From Nanobdellota archaeon (lineage in GTDB: Archaea > Nanobdellota > Nanobdellia > Pacearchaeales > GW2011-AR1), in the NCBI GenBank assembly GCA_013329055.1, contig DUKY01000015.1, positions 2,339-66,338 of the forward strand: a stretch of 64,000 nt of DNA. Direction: 5' to 3'. Of this stretch, positions 40,104 through 50,289 are shown piece by piece. The notes below the pieces were generated by a model. It saw only the letters and a program-made list of their open reading frames with translations, made no database searches and was not told the DNA's origin. Every line of letters starts with the position of its first letter. Position 1 is the first letter of the stretch. A program made the position numbers and the translations under genes.

Positions 40104-41432
40104 TCCAAATAAAAACATATATCTGCTTATAATTGTAGCAACACATGAGCCAATTACTGCCTGCATCATTCCTTGAGGAAGTAATGCTATTATAAATAAA
40201 TAATTTAATATAATATTAATTAATGTTGAAATTATCAAAAGAACTGAATACATTTTTGTCTTTTTTTGAATAAAGTAATATGACCCATAAAGACCACAAA
40301 GTGGTATATTAATTAATAAAAGAGAAAGTAATTGCAATAATAAAACTGCATTTATATATTCTTTCCCGTAAATAATTAATATAATCCATTTAGCAAAAGT
40401 AAATGTAAAAATTGTTGCAGAAATTGCTATTAAACCTGTAATTATCATTCCTTTATTAAATCCTTTTTCAAATTGCTCTCCTTTTAATTTACTTAAAATC
40501 GGAAATAATGCTGTGCCCGAAAATGCAACAATTGCTGTGGCTGAACCAATTAAATTAAATGCCGCTTGAAAATAACCCAAAAATATAGACTCAACAAAAT
40601 GTCCTAATATAAGTAAATCAATGCTTCCAAAAAATAATCCTGACAGAGCAGTAATTGATAAAGGCAAAATAAATTTATTTAATTCTTTTTTTTCGTCTTT
40701 CGTTAATTGTTCTTCTTTTATCTCAATAAATTTTTGTTTGTGAATTGAAAAATATAAAAATAACATTCCGACAAAATATGCAAAAGTTATAACTAAAAAG
40801 ATTATTAATAATAAAATTTCATTATTTACTTTTCCTAAAAATAATATAATTGCCAAAGGAACAAAAATTAACCTAAGAAATTGAACAATTGTTTCATTAA
40901 TTAGCCCGATTTTTAAATTATTTTGTGCAACAAAAAAGTAAATAAAATAAGTCATTAGTTGATAAGTTGGAATATATAATGCTCCTGCAAGAAGTGCATA
41001 AAAAATTGGTTTATTGTAATAAATATTTGAGATATAATAACTTGTTACAATCAAAATAAAGGAAATTATAACTATTAAAATTAATTTATATTTAAAAAGA
41101 AAATTATAATATCCCTTTGCCTTTTTCTTATCTATATCAATGTTTTTTGCAATAAATGTTAATAATGCTGTCCCAATTCCAAAGTCTGAAAAAGCCATGA
41201 ATAAGACTATTGTTGAAAGTGCTAAACCATAAAGTCCGTAAAGTTCTGGCATTAATAATCTTGCAACAACTATTGTAAAAATTATTGAACTAATTTTATA
41301 AACTAAACTTGTAGCGATTTGGTAAGTTGAATTTTTAATCGCCTGCCCGGTATTTCCTGAAAAATCTCTTTTTTTTAATCTTTGAAAAATATTCAAAAAA
41401 TCTTTTTCTTCTTCTTTAATAAAATTTTCCAT
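40080..41432 (-). CDS. Wzx-like oligosaccharide/polysaccharide flippase (MOP superfamily)
   Basis: 450 aa with about 12 hydrophobic segments. The N-terminus has the GNTGQAIKNSTYQ pattern typical of polysaccharide biosynthesis (Polysacc_synt) proteins. Confidence 0.7.
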   Translation of the reverse strand: MENFIKEEEKDFLNIFQRLKKRDFSGNTGQAIKNSTYQIATSLVYKISSIIFTIVVARLLMPELYGLYGLALSTIVLFMAFSDFGIGTALLTFIAKNIDIDKKKAKGYYNFLFKYKLILIVIISFILIVTSYYISNIYYNKPIFYALLAGALYIPTYQLMTYFIYFFVAQNNLKIGLINETIVQFLRLIFVPLAIILFLGKVNNEILLLIIFLVITFAYFVGMLFLYFSIHKQKFIEIKEEQLTKDEKKELNKFILPLSITALSGLFFGSIDLLILGHFVESIFLGYFQAAFNLIGSATAIVAFSGTALFPILSKLKGEQFEKGFNKGMIITGLIAISATIFTFTFAKWIILIIYGKEYINAVLLLQLLSLLLINIPLCGLYGSYYFIQKKTKMYSVLLIISTLINIILNYLFIIALLPQGMMQAVIGSCVATIISRYMFLFGLIFFRKR

Positions 41433-41520
41433 ATTATAATTAAATTATCTTTCCTTTTAATTATTATCTTTAAATGGCATAATTTATCAAATTATTGATT
41501 CAAGATTTTGCACTAAAAAG

Positions 41521-41574
41521 GTTTCCATTTGTAATGGAAACTTTTATCGATTTGTTTCCATTACAAATGGAAAG
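41521..41574. promoter_or_regulatory. Twin 21-bp palindromes in a divergent promoter region
   Basis: gtttccatt-tgt-aatggaaac (41521-41541) and its near-exact reverse complement gtttccatt-aca-aatggaaag (41554-41574), 12 nt apart, between the flippase (-) and an epimerase (+). Confidence 0.6.
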
Positions 41575-41690
41575 GCAAATTCACAATAAGAATAATCCCT
41601 GCATGGAAATGGTTTCTCAATTAGTTTTAGATTTTAATTTAGCTTTTTAATTGGCATAATCTTTTTAAGTCCATAATTCTCTTGAAATTT

Positions 41691-42527
41691 ATGAAAATTG
41701 GAATAACAGGAGAAAAAGGTTTAATTGGATCTTTCTTAAAACAAAGATTAGAAAAAGAAGGAAATGAAATTGTTTTAACTTGTGATTTAAGAGATGGAAA
41801 AAATATCCTTGATCTAAAGAATTATACTTCTACTGAAAAAATTGATGCAATGTATCATTTGGCAGCACATTGTAAAATCAATCAATCAATTTCAAATCCT
41901 GAGTACACTCATTTAGTAAATTCAGAGGGAACTTTTGCAGTAATTGAATTTTGCAGAAAAAATAATATTCCCAAAGTAGTAAATTTTTCGTCTTCAAGAG
42001 TTTTATCTTCTGAAAGAAATCCTTATACTGCTTCAAAACTTTACGGAGAAGAACTTTGTAAAGGTTATAGAGATTCATATGGCTTAGAATATTTAATAAT
42101 CAGACCTTCAACAGTTTATGGTCCAATGTGGGATGAAACAAAAAGATTAATGCATCTTTTCTGTGTAAATGCATTAGAAGATAAACCTTTGGAAATTTAT
42201 GGAAATCCTAAAACTAAAACATTAGACTTTACTTATGTTGATGATTTTGTTGATGCAATAATCTTAGCAACAAATAATGAATGGAATAAGGAATATAATA
42301 TTAGTGGAGGAAAAGAATATAATATTTATTCTCTTGCAGAACAAATTATAAGAAAAACTGAAAGTAAAAGTAAAATAATTGTAAAACAACCTGAAATTGC
42401 ACAACCTCAGGAAGTTTCTGTAGATATTTCTGCAATTGAAAAATTAGGTTTTATTCCAAAAATATCTTTAGAGGAAGGTGTAGACAGAACTTTAGATTTT
42501 TATAAAAAGTATTTGGGGAAAAATTAA
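41691..42527 (+). CDS. NAD-dependent epimerase/dehydratase (extended SDR). Start moved to the ATG at 41691.
   Basis: MKIGITGEKGLIGS, SSSRVL, YTASKLYGE (YxxxK). Confidence 0.7.
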   Translation: MKIGITGEKGLIGSFLKQRLEKEGNEIVLTCDLRDGKNILDLKNYTSTEKIDAMYHLAAHCKINQSISNPEYTHLVNSEGTFAVIEFCRKNNIPKVVNFSSSRVLSSERNPYTASKLYGEELCKGYRDSYGLEYLIIRPSTVYGPMWDETKRLMHLFCVNALEDKPLEIYGNPKTKTLDFTYVDDFVDAIILATNNEWNKEYNISGGKEYNIYSLAEQIIRKTESKSKIIVKQPEIAQPQEVSVDISAIEKLGFIPKISLEEGVDRTLDFYKKYLGKN

Positions 42528-42536
42528 CTCCTCGTA

Positions 42537-43010
42537 TTAAATCCCATCCGCCTCTTCAATAAACTTCAATTTTTTATATTTGAAATAATCATAAATTATT
42601 GAAAATTTATCTAATCTCGTATGACCATAAAAAAAGTTATGAAAAATATCAAGCATTAAATGAAATGCAAAACCAAATAAGACAAACAAAAAATAAGGTG
42701 AAACAAAATCTCCCAGTAAAAATAAAACAAACAGTACTTCAATACCATGCAAAAAACAAAATCCCATATAAATCTTTTTTCTTTCTTTTTGGTCTAATTG
42801 TTTTAATTTTTTGCCGTGTTCTATAAACCAACTATAAGAATTTTTTAAACTCCAATTATTTTTTTTGTGAACATAATAAAAATAATGATCAATATCAATT
42901 AATACACTCGACAAAAGAACAATTGCCCCGGCAATTAATGAAAAATCAAAAAAATAAACTAACCCTCCTGAAAGTATTAAACCTAAAATAAAATGAGTTA
43001 TGGGTAGCAT
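42537..43010 (-). CDS. YdjM-like membrane-bound metal-dependent hydrolase
   Basis: MLPITHFILG...DIDH... with 4 hydrophobic segments. Confidence 0.5.
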   Translation of the reverse strand: MLPITHFILGLILSGGLVYFFDFSLIAGAIVLLSSVLIDIDHYFYYVHKKNNWSLKNSYSWFIEHGKKLKQLDQKERKKIYMGFCFLHGIEVLFVLFLLGDFVSPYFLFVLFGFAFHLMLDIFHNFFYGHTRLDKFSIIYDYFKYKKLKFIEEADGI

Positions 43011-43011
43011 T

Positions 43012-43461
43012 TTAATCTAGAATTTTTGAATCTTTAATAACTTTTTGAACCGCAATAGCAATATTTTTTTCAATTTTGTTAAACCATTTATATTCTGAAC
43101 TTGTAGAATCAACTTTGATTTCCTCTTTTGGATTTTTTAATCGAGCCAAATAAGTCATATTTATCGTATGAATTCCAGTCTTTAAATCCTCAAATGACCC
43201 TTTATCAAAAACCGTTTCATAAACCCCTAAAAATTTTTCAATTTCAATTTCACAACCAATTTCTTCAAATGCCTTTCTTTTAACAGCATTAATAAGTGAT
43301 TCTTTTTTATGAATCCTCCCCCCAATTAAAGCCCATTTATTCTTTTCCGGTTCTTCATTTCTTTTTATAAGAAGAATTTTTTTCCCCTCGTGAATCAATA
43401 AATCAACACAACAAATCGGAATTTCTTCAAGAATATCTTTATATTTTTCACTAGAAATCAT
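43012..43461 (-). CDS. NUDIX hydrolase, possibly GDP-mannose mannosyl hydrolase-like
   Basis: Nudix box GGRIHKKESLINAVKRKAFEEIGCE. The N-terminal PICCVDLLI...LLIKR pattern resembles NudD/WcaH. Confidence 0.6.
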   Translation of the reverse strand: MISSEKYKDILEEIPICCVDLLIHEGKKILLIKRNEEPEKNKWALIGGRIHKKESLINAVKRKAFEEIGCEIEIEKFLGVYETVFDKGSFEDLKTGIHTINMTYLARLKNPKEEIKVDSTSSEYKWFNKIEKNIAIAVQKVIKDSKILD

Positions 43462-44309
43462 TTTTTAAAATCGCAATTTTCTGAAATTGCTCCTTTAATT
43501 TCAAGCCAATCTTTATTTTTCCTCAATCGTTCATTAAGTCTCCATGCTTCTTCTAAAAAATAAGGACGATAATTGTTTTCTCTTGCCAGATAAATTAAAG
43601 CATTCAAATCTTTTGGGAAACATTTTCCTCCAAAACCTAAATCCCCATCATGTCCAGGAACATTTAGATTTCTCCCAATTCTCTCATCCAAAAGAACAGC
43701 ATTTTTTATTGTATTGTAATCAATATTCATTGATTTGCAAATCTGATAAAACTCATTAGCAGCTGCTATTTGTAATGTCAACATAACATTTGCCATATAT
43801 TTTACCATTTCAGCTTCTTTTGTAGTCAAATGAATATAATTAGCGTTTGGAAAAATTGGTTTGTAAATATCTTCAACTTTTTTTCCACACTCCTCTTTAT
43901 TTGCTCCAATTATTATTCGGTTAGTATTCTTCATATCCTCTAATGCAAATTTTTCTCTTAAAAACTCAGGATTAAATGCAAAATCAAAAGGATATTTTTG
44001 TTCTAAACTGTCAGTGGTTCCTGAAACAGCTGTCGAACGAATTATTACTAGGGGTTTGTTATTCATCTCTTGTGTAACCTCGGTTAATGTTTCCAATGAA
44101 TTTTTTATTGGAGAATAATCTATTTTTCCACTAGGCATCATTGGAGTTGGAACTGACAAAAAAATTGCTTCTGCGTCTTTTAATTTCAATAAATTTTCCA
44201 AATAACCTTTTTTTGGATCAATGTCATAAGGTATAATTTCATGTACTGATTCTAATACCTTTGCTGTTGTTCCCCCCACAAAACCCATGCCCATAAATCC
44301 GATTTTCAT
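43458..44309 (-). CDS. Short UDP-glucose/GDP-mannose dehydrogenase-family protein
   Basis: MKIGFMGMGFVGG NAD-binding motif and the catalytic-Cys motif GGKCFPKD. At 283 aa the C-terminal nucleotide-sugar domain appears to be absent. Confidence 0.6.
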   Translation of the reverse strand: MKIGFMGMGFVGGTTAKVLESVHEIIPYDIDPKKGYLENLLKLKDAEAIFLSVPTPMMPSGKIDYSPIKNSLETLTEVTQEMNNKPLVIIRSTAVSGTTDSLEQKYPFDFAFNPEFLREKFALEDMKNTNRIIIGANKEECGKKVEDIYKPIFPNANYIHLTTKEAEMVKYMANVMLTLQIAAANEFYQICKSMNIDYNTIKNAVLLDERIGRNLNVPGHDGDLGFGGKCFPKDLNALIYLARENNYRPYFLEEAWRLNERLRKNKDWLEIKGAISENCDFKK

Positions 44310-44311
44310 TT

Positions 44312-45838
44312 TTACTCATTAATCCCTTTAATCATATCTGAAAATGCAGGTCTGGTAATTAAAACTCCAACAGTAACACCAATCATAGTAGTAATTGCAA
44401 AACCTTTCAATAATCCTGCTCCAGCCCATAATAAAGGTAGCAATGCCACAACTGCAGTAAAATATGCTCCTAAAATAATCGAAAATGCCCTCTTAAGCTT
44501 TTGTTTAAGACTCAATGATTCCTTCTGTTTAGACTCATCCAAAATAATTATTTGACTATCAATACCCGTACCAATTGTAGCTAAAATACCTGCAATACTA
44601 AGTAGATCAAGATTCCATTCAATAAAAGAAGCAATACCCAAAATAATTATAATCTCCGAAAAAACTGTCATTAATAATGCCATTGAAGATTTAAAATTTT
44701 TATATCTAATGAAAATAACTAATGCAACAGCAAGTATTGCAGCTAAACCGGCAAATAAAATAGACCGAATAAATTCTTTTCCTAGTAATGGTGAAATTGT
44801 ATCTAATTTAATAATTTCTAATTCATAAGGTAAACTACCTGTAATTAAAATTGTCTGAAGCTTATGCATATTTACATTTGCAGCATCATATGCTTCTGAT
44901 TGGTCTGCCCCTGTTCCTGAACCGGAAATTGAAATCTGAGTAGTAACAGTTCCTTTCAACCCCTCGCTAATTAATAATGTATCAACTAAGTTATTATCTA
45001 AATATAAATCTAAAGGTTTTTCTAAATAATTCCCTTGAGTAGAACTATTAACTTTTAATTTATCAGTAATTTCGGCATGTTTTGTTGCAGCATTTTCACT
45101 CAAATAAATTGTAAATCTAAAATTACAAAAATATCCCTCGTTAGATTGCTGGCATGTTTCAATTCCTGCACATCTTGCATCATTTCTGCAAACAGAAGAA
45201 ATATCTTTATCCCCTCCGACAAATACAGTCTCATTTCCAATCTTTGCTTCAAATTTACCCTGCTTTGAAATCAACTCCTCTAAATCTTTTGGAGTCGCCC
45301 CGGCAATTTCAATAAGCATATAATTCTTTCCGCTTAAATCTGTAATTGCCTTAATATTCATATCAGCGATACCATAAACATTTAATCTATTTCTAATAAC
45401 ATCAACTAAATCCCTCAATTCTTCAGTTGAAAGGTCTTTATCTTTTGCTTGAATAAGTGCTCGTGAACCCCCTGCTAAATCTAAACCTGTTTTAATATTT
45501 GTTTTAGGAATATCCGTAACAATAATCTCCGGAGCAGAATTTGTAAATAAAATAATCTCTGAATCTTTAGTATTAATTATCGTTTTAACATTTTCATCTG
45601 TTAAATATTTCCCTTGAATGATTCTTGTATAATCTTCTAAATTATTGATATCTTCCCCATCAACCCCTGTAATAACTTGTCCTTGTTTTAATCCTTGAAT
45701 AAATGCAGTAGAATTTGAATCAATGCTTGTAATAATCACTCCTTTTTGCATAAATGTTGGAGGAATGCCAAATATTGAAATTAATGACATAACTAAAATA
45801 ATTATTAATATCCAAATTCTCCATGTTAATTTCATCAT
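44312..45838 (-). CDS. secD: Protein-export membrane protein SecD
   Basis: TGLDLAGGSRALIQ and the C-terminal 6-TM block (IAGILATIGTGIDSQIIILDE). Confidence 0.85.
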   Translation of the reverse strand: MMKLTWRIWILIIILVMSLISIFGIPPTFMQKGVIITSIDSNSTAFIQGLKQGQVITGVDGEDINNLEDYTRIIQGKYLTDENVKTIINTKDSEIILFTNSAPEIIVTDIPKTNIKTGLDLAGGSRALIQAKDKDLSTEELRDLVDVIRNRLNVYGIADMNIKAITDLSGKNYMLIEIAGATPKDLEELISKQGKFEAKIGNETVFVGGDKDISSVCRNDARCAGIETCQQSNEGYFCNFRFTIYLSENAATKHAEITDKLKVNSSTQGNYLEKPLDLYLDNNLVDTLLISEGLKGTVTTQISISGSGTGADQSEAYDAANVNMHKLQTILITGSLPYELEIIKLDTISPLLGKEFIRSILFAGLAAILAVALVIFIRYKNFKSSMALLMTVFSEIIIILGIASFIEWNLDLLSIAGILATIGTGIDSQIIILDESKQKESLSLKQKLKRAFSIILGAYFTAVVALLPLLWAGAGLLKGFAITTMIGVTVGVLITRPAFSDMIKGINE

Positions 45839-46707
45839 TTTTTAGTCTCCATATACCATTTTAGAATTGAAACATTAGTAATCCACGTATTAAACATATC
45901 AAAAATTAAACCAATTGAAAGAATAGTAAAAATTTGTGTCAAAACAATTGAAAAAGATTGAACAATTAATAATGCAACAAGTACTGCCATTAGTGAAGTC
46001 AATGTCATAGTCATTCCTGTTTTAAATGCACCATGAATCCTTTGATTTAATGACCCCTCACTTCTTTTCAGAAGTCTGGTTGTAAGTAAAATATCTGTAT
46101 CAACAGAATAACCAATAAGCATTAAGAAAGCAACAATACCCGCACTTGACATCTTTATTCCAAATAAATCTACAACAACTAAAGTCATAATAATATCCGC
46201 AAATGCTGAAATAATAACTGCTACTGAAGGAACAAAAGTTCTGAATAAAATAAAAACAATTATCCCCATAAAAACAAACGCAAATAAAATTGCAATTAAT
46301 AATTGTTTATAAAAATTTTCACTTAAAGTTGAACCGGTAAATTCAAAACTTGAGTTTTCACTTGTTAATTCATATCCAAGATATTCTTCTAAAATTAATT
46401 TAGCTGTCTCTCCATCTGTTTTTGTTTCAATAATTAATGCCTTTTGTTCTTTAGTAATTAAATCATAAATTTCTCTTGTGTTCATCTCTTCAAGCTTATT
46501 ATTAAGATCTTCTTTTAACTTCACTGCATCAATATTATCCGTAATTGTAACTGTTGTACCACCGGTTAAAGAAATATCTTTGTAAATAAAATCATTATTT
46601 TGTGAATAAAAAAATCCAAGATATACAAATGATGACACTAAAAGTAAAACTGAAAACAATAATAAATGCTTATAATATTTATTATGTAATTTTGATAAGC
46701 TTTCCAT
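45835..46707 (-). CDS. secF: Protein-export membrane protein SecF
   Basis: 290 aa with a C-terminal TM block (AFLMLIGYSVDTDILLTTR). 4-nt overlap with secD. Confidence 0.85.
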   Translation of the reverse strand: MESLSKLHNKYYKHLLLFSVLLLVSSFVYLGFFYSQNNDFIYKDISLTGGTTVTITDNIDAVKLKEDLNNKLEEMNTREIYDLITKEQKALIIETKTDGETAKLILEEYLGYELTSENSSFEFTGSTLSENFYKQLLIAILFAFVFMGIIVFILFRTFVPSVAVIISAFADIIMTLVVVDLFGIKMSSAGIVAFLMLIGYSVDTDILLTTRLLKRSEGSLNQRIHGAFKTGMTMTLTSLMAVLVALLIVQSFSIVLTQIFTILSIGLIFDMFNTWITNVSILKWYMETKK

Positions 46708-46776
46708 GTTATATTGTTTAATTGAAAGTTTAAAAAGATTCTGATAAAGGAAACATTGATTTTAAATTAAAAAAAT

Positions 46777-47211
46777 TTATTCTTCTGGGTATATTTGTAT
46801 TTCTTCAAATTTAAAATCTCCTTTATTTTTGAAGATTGTCAAATAATTTTTCCCTTTAACAACAAGGTCATTGAAACCATCTAAATCCATGTCCATAATC
46901 TCATATTCATAAAAACTTCCCATAGGGTGGTAAGGGATATTTAAGTTTAATAATTTTTTTTCAAATGTATTATTTTTTAGATTTTTTAATAGCATTAATC
47001 TATGTGTATTTTCTTCTCCATCTTGATTTTTTTTCATAACCCCTGTATCATATATAATTTCTGGAAAATTGTCTCCATTTAAATCTCCGACTACCATTTG
47101 GTATCCTTCTCTTGGTTTATATATTGACAAATCGTTTGCTTTAACGTTATGTGCATAATTTCCAATGATTGAAGCTCCTAACAAAAATATTCCTAATATT
47201 GGCTTTTTCAT
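46777..47211 (-). CDS. Small secreted FG-GAP/VCBS-repeat-like protein
   Basis: Signal peptide MKKPILGIFLLGASIIG. Ca-binding-like GDLNGDNFPEIIYD and DMDLDGFNDLVV. Confidence 0.5.
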   Translation of the reverse strand: MKKPILGIFLLGASIIGNYAHNVKANDLSIYKPREGYQMVVGDLNGDNFPEIIYDTGVMKKNQDGEENTHRLMLLKNLKNNTFEKKLLNLNIPYHPMGSFYEYEIMDMDLDGFNDLVVKGKNYLTIFKNKGDFKFEEIQIYPEE

Positions 47212-47303
47212 TCTTCCAACAAATTTTTATTGTTTAAAAGAATTATTGTTTTATAATATTCTTTAACCAAAATTAATAAAAGTCTTCTATTCTATCTTTT
47301 TAA

Positions 47304-49715
47304 ATGATTCAACTCACTCCTGGAATGCAACAATATATGAAAATTAAAAATGCAAATCCGGATTGCATAATTCTTTTTAGAATGGGCGATTTTTATGAAA
47401 CTTTCTTTGAAGATGCAAAAACTGTTGCCAGAGAATTAGAAATCACACTAACTTCAAGAGGAAAAGGTGAATTTAAAGCCCCTTTAGCAGGTCTTCCGTA
47501 TCATGCACTTGACCCTTATTTAGCAAAATTAGTGAAAAAAGGGTACAAGGTAGGAATAGTTGAACAAATCGAAGACCCAAAAAAAGCAAAAGGGTTAGTA
47601 AAAAGAGATTTAGTAAGAATCATCACCCCCGGAACAGTCGTCGAATCTTTAATCCTTGAACAAGGGTCAAATAATTATATTTTAAGTTTTGTAAAAGACA
47701 ACGATGAATTTAGCATAAGTTTTTGTGACCTCTCTACCGGAGAATTTTTAACAACAAGACTAAACTTGGACCAATTTTTAAATGAGTTAAAAAGAATCAA
47801 CCCCGCAGAAATTATTTTTCCAATGTCTTTAGAAGAATCAGAATTTATTTTAAATTTAAAAAAAGATCATTTAATTAATTCTTACGATGATAGATTTTTT
47901 TATCATGAAAAAGCAATGGAAGTTTTAAATAATCATTTTAAAACATTAAATTTAGATGGTTTTGGAATACAAGATAAATTAATGCAAAGTTCTTCAGGAG
48001 CATTATTATCCTATTTAAAAAATACACAGCAAAATGCTCTAACTCATATAAATAAAATTCAAAAATACGAATTAAATAATTACATGTATTTAGATAATGC
48101 AACCATTAGAAATTTAGAATTATTAAATAACATAATCTTGCAAAGTGAAAATTCTACATTGTTAGGAGTGCTTGATAAAACAAAAACTCCGATGGGAAAA
48201 CGTTTAATTAAAAGATGGATTATTTCGCCTTTAATAGACAAAGATGCAATTCAAAATCGTTTAGATTCTGTTGAAGAATTAAAAGAAAATATTTTTTTGC
48301 GTTCTGATTTAAATAATTCTTTGCAAAATGTTTACGACATTGAAAGATTAATTGCAAGAGTAGCATATGGTAACGCAAATCCTAAAGATTTGGTTGCATT
48401 AAAACAATCATTAACATTCTTGCCTAAAATTAAAGAACTTTTAGAAAAAACTAAAAGTTTTGAATTGCAAAAAATTTCTAAAATTCCTGACTTGGAAATG
48501 GCAAGAAAAAAAATTCAGGATGCAATAAAAGATGAGCCAAATACAATTATCCGTGAAGGAAATATTATTCGTAATGGCTATAACTCTGAATTAGATGAAT
48601 TGCGGGAATTAACCCATAACACAAAAAAATATTTAACAGAATTAGAAGAAAGAGAAAGACAACGTTCAGGAATAAAATCCTTAAAAATTAATTATAATCG
48701 TGTTTTTGGATATTACATTGAAATTACAAAATCAAATCTTCACTTAGTCCCAGAGGATTATATCCGTAAGCAAACTCAGGTTAATTCAGAACGTTTTATC
48801 ACCGAAGAATTAAAAGAAAAAGAATCTAAAATATTGGGTGCAGAAGAAAGAATCTTTGAACTTGAACAGGAATTATTCTTTAAATTATTAGAAGATTTAA
48901 AACAATATGTCCCTCAAATTCAATTAGCTTCAAAAATAATTGCAAAACTTGATTGTTTTATTTCTTTTGCAATTGTCTCAGAAGTCAATAATTATTGTAA
49001 ACCCTCTTTTAATTCATACGGAATTTTAGAAATAAATTCTTCAAGGCATCCTGTAATAGAAGCATTTTCAAATATTGATTTTATAACAAACTCTTGCAAT
49101 CTTAATAATGACAAAAGGACAATGATTATTACCGGACCAAATTTAGCAGGAAAATCTACATATCTAAGGCAAATAGCATTAATTTGTTTAATGGCACAAA
49201 TAGGTTGTTTTGTCCCTGCAAAAAGTGTAAATCTTCCAACCATTGATAGAATTTTTAGTAGGATCGGAGCATACGATGATCTTGTTCACGGGCAATCAAC
49301 TTTTATGGTAGAGATGAGCGAAACAGCAAATATTTTAAATAATGCCACAAAAAATTCTTTAGTAATTTTAGATGAAATTGGGCGTGGAACTTCAACTTAT
49401 GACGGTGTATCGCTGGCATGGGCAATTGCCGAATATTTGAATAACAAAATACAGGCAAAAACTTTGTTTGCAACACATTATCATCACTTAAATAAAATGG
49501 AACAAATGTTTAAAGGAATAAAAAATTATAACATTGCAATAGAAGAAACAAATGACAGGATAATCTTTTTAAGAAAAATTATCGAAGGCGGAACAGACAA
49601 AAGTTATGGAATTCAGGTTGCAAAACTTGCAGGAGTGCCGGAAGCTGTTGTAAATTCTGCAAAAAGAATTATGAACTTAATTGAAGAAGGAAAGTGGGAT
49701 AAATTTGAGAATTAA
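47304..49715 (+). CDS. mutS: DNA mismatch repair protein MutS (bacterial MutS1 type)
   Basis: TPGMQQYMKIK...FRMGDFYETFFEDA (mismatch-binding FxE), Walker A GPNLAGKST, STFMVEM, DEIGRGTSTYDG. Confidence 0.9.
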   Translation: MIQLTPGMQQYMKIKNANPDCIILFRMGDFYETFFEDAKTVARELEITLTSRGKGEFKAPLAGLPYHALDPYLAKLVKKGYKVGIVEQIEDPKKAKGLVKRDLVRIITPGTVVESLILEQGSNNYILSFVKDNDEFSISFCDLSTGEFLTTRLNLDQFLNELKRINPAEIIFPMSLEESEFILNLKKDHLINSYDDRFFYHEKAMEVLNNHFKTLNLDGFGIQDKLMQSSSGALLSYLKNTQQNALTHINKIQKYELNNYMYLDNATIRNLELLNNIILQSENSTLLGVLDKTKTPMGKRLIKRWIISPLIDKDAIQNRLDSVEELKENIFLRSDLNNSLQNVYDIERLIARVAYGNANPKDLVALKQSLTFLPKIKELLEKTKSFELQKISKIPDLEMARKKIQDAIKDEPNTIIREGNIIRNGYNSELDELRELTHNTKKYLTELEERERQRSGIKSLKINYNRVFGYYIEITKSNLHLVPEDYIRKQTQVNSERFITEELKEKESKILGAEERIFELEQELFFKLLEDLKQYVPQIQLASKIIAKLDCFISFAIVSEVNNYCKPSFNSYGILEINSSRHPVIEAFSNIDFITNSCNLNNDKRTMIITGPNLAGKSTYLRQIALICLMAQIGCFVPAKSVNLPTIDRIFSRIGAYDDLVHGQSTFMVEMSETANILNNATKNSLVILDEIGRGTSTYDGVSLAWAIAEYLNNKIQAKTLFATHYHHLNKMEQMFKGIKNYNIAIEETNDRIIFLRKIIEGGTDKSYGIQVAKLAGVPEAVVNSAKRIMNLIEEGKWDKFEN

Positions 49716-50152
49716 GAAATCCTTATATTCTCTTCTTTAATTGTATTTAAAATTAAACTTGTCTCAGTTTTTTTAATAAAATCATATTCCTGAATTTTTT
49801 TCAAAAAAGTATTTAATGATTTTCTGTTTTTGAATTTTGCAATCATCATTGCATCAAAATCTCCGGTTATATCATAAATCGCAAAAACATTTGGTTCTTT
49901 ACTTAATTTTTTTTCAGCTTCTTTGAACATTCCGTGTGTTATTCGCATGTTTATTATTGCACTAACATCATAGCCTAACTTTTCATAATCTAAATTGATT
50001 GTATGATTCTTAATCACTTTTTCTTTTTCCAGCTCCTTCATCCTCTTTAGCACAGTAACGCCTGACACACCGACAAAACTTGCAATTTTTCTATATGAAC
50101 GATTAGAGTTTTCCAGTAAAACATTTAATATCTTTGTGTCAATTTGGTCCAT
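49712..50152 (-). CDS. Lrp/AsnC-family transcriptional regulator
   Basis: DQIDTKILNVLLENSNRSYRKIASFVGVSGVTVLKRMKELE HTH plus a C-terminal RAM/AsnC_trans_reg domain. Confidence 0.85.
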   Translation of the reverse strand: MDQIDTKILNVLLENSNRSYRKIASFVGVSGVTVLKRMKELEKEKVIKNHTINLDYEKLGYDVSAIINMRITHGMFKEAEKKLSKEPNVFAIYDITGDFDAMMIAKFKNRKSLNTFLKKIQEYDFIKKTETSLILNTIKEENIRIS

Positions 50153-50289
50153 TTTTACTTAGCAAATGATTAATTTATTTGTCAATATTTTTAATACACT
50201 TAACAAATATATAAACTTTTTCAATAAAATTAACAAATGTTAATTAATTTTGCCAAACTGTTAATAAACATTTAATTCTTAACTTAAAA

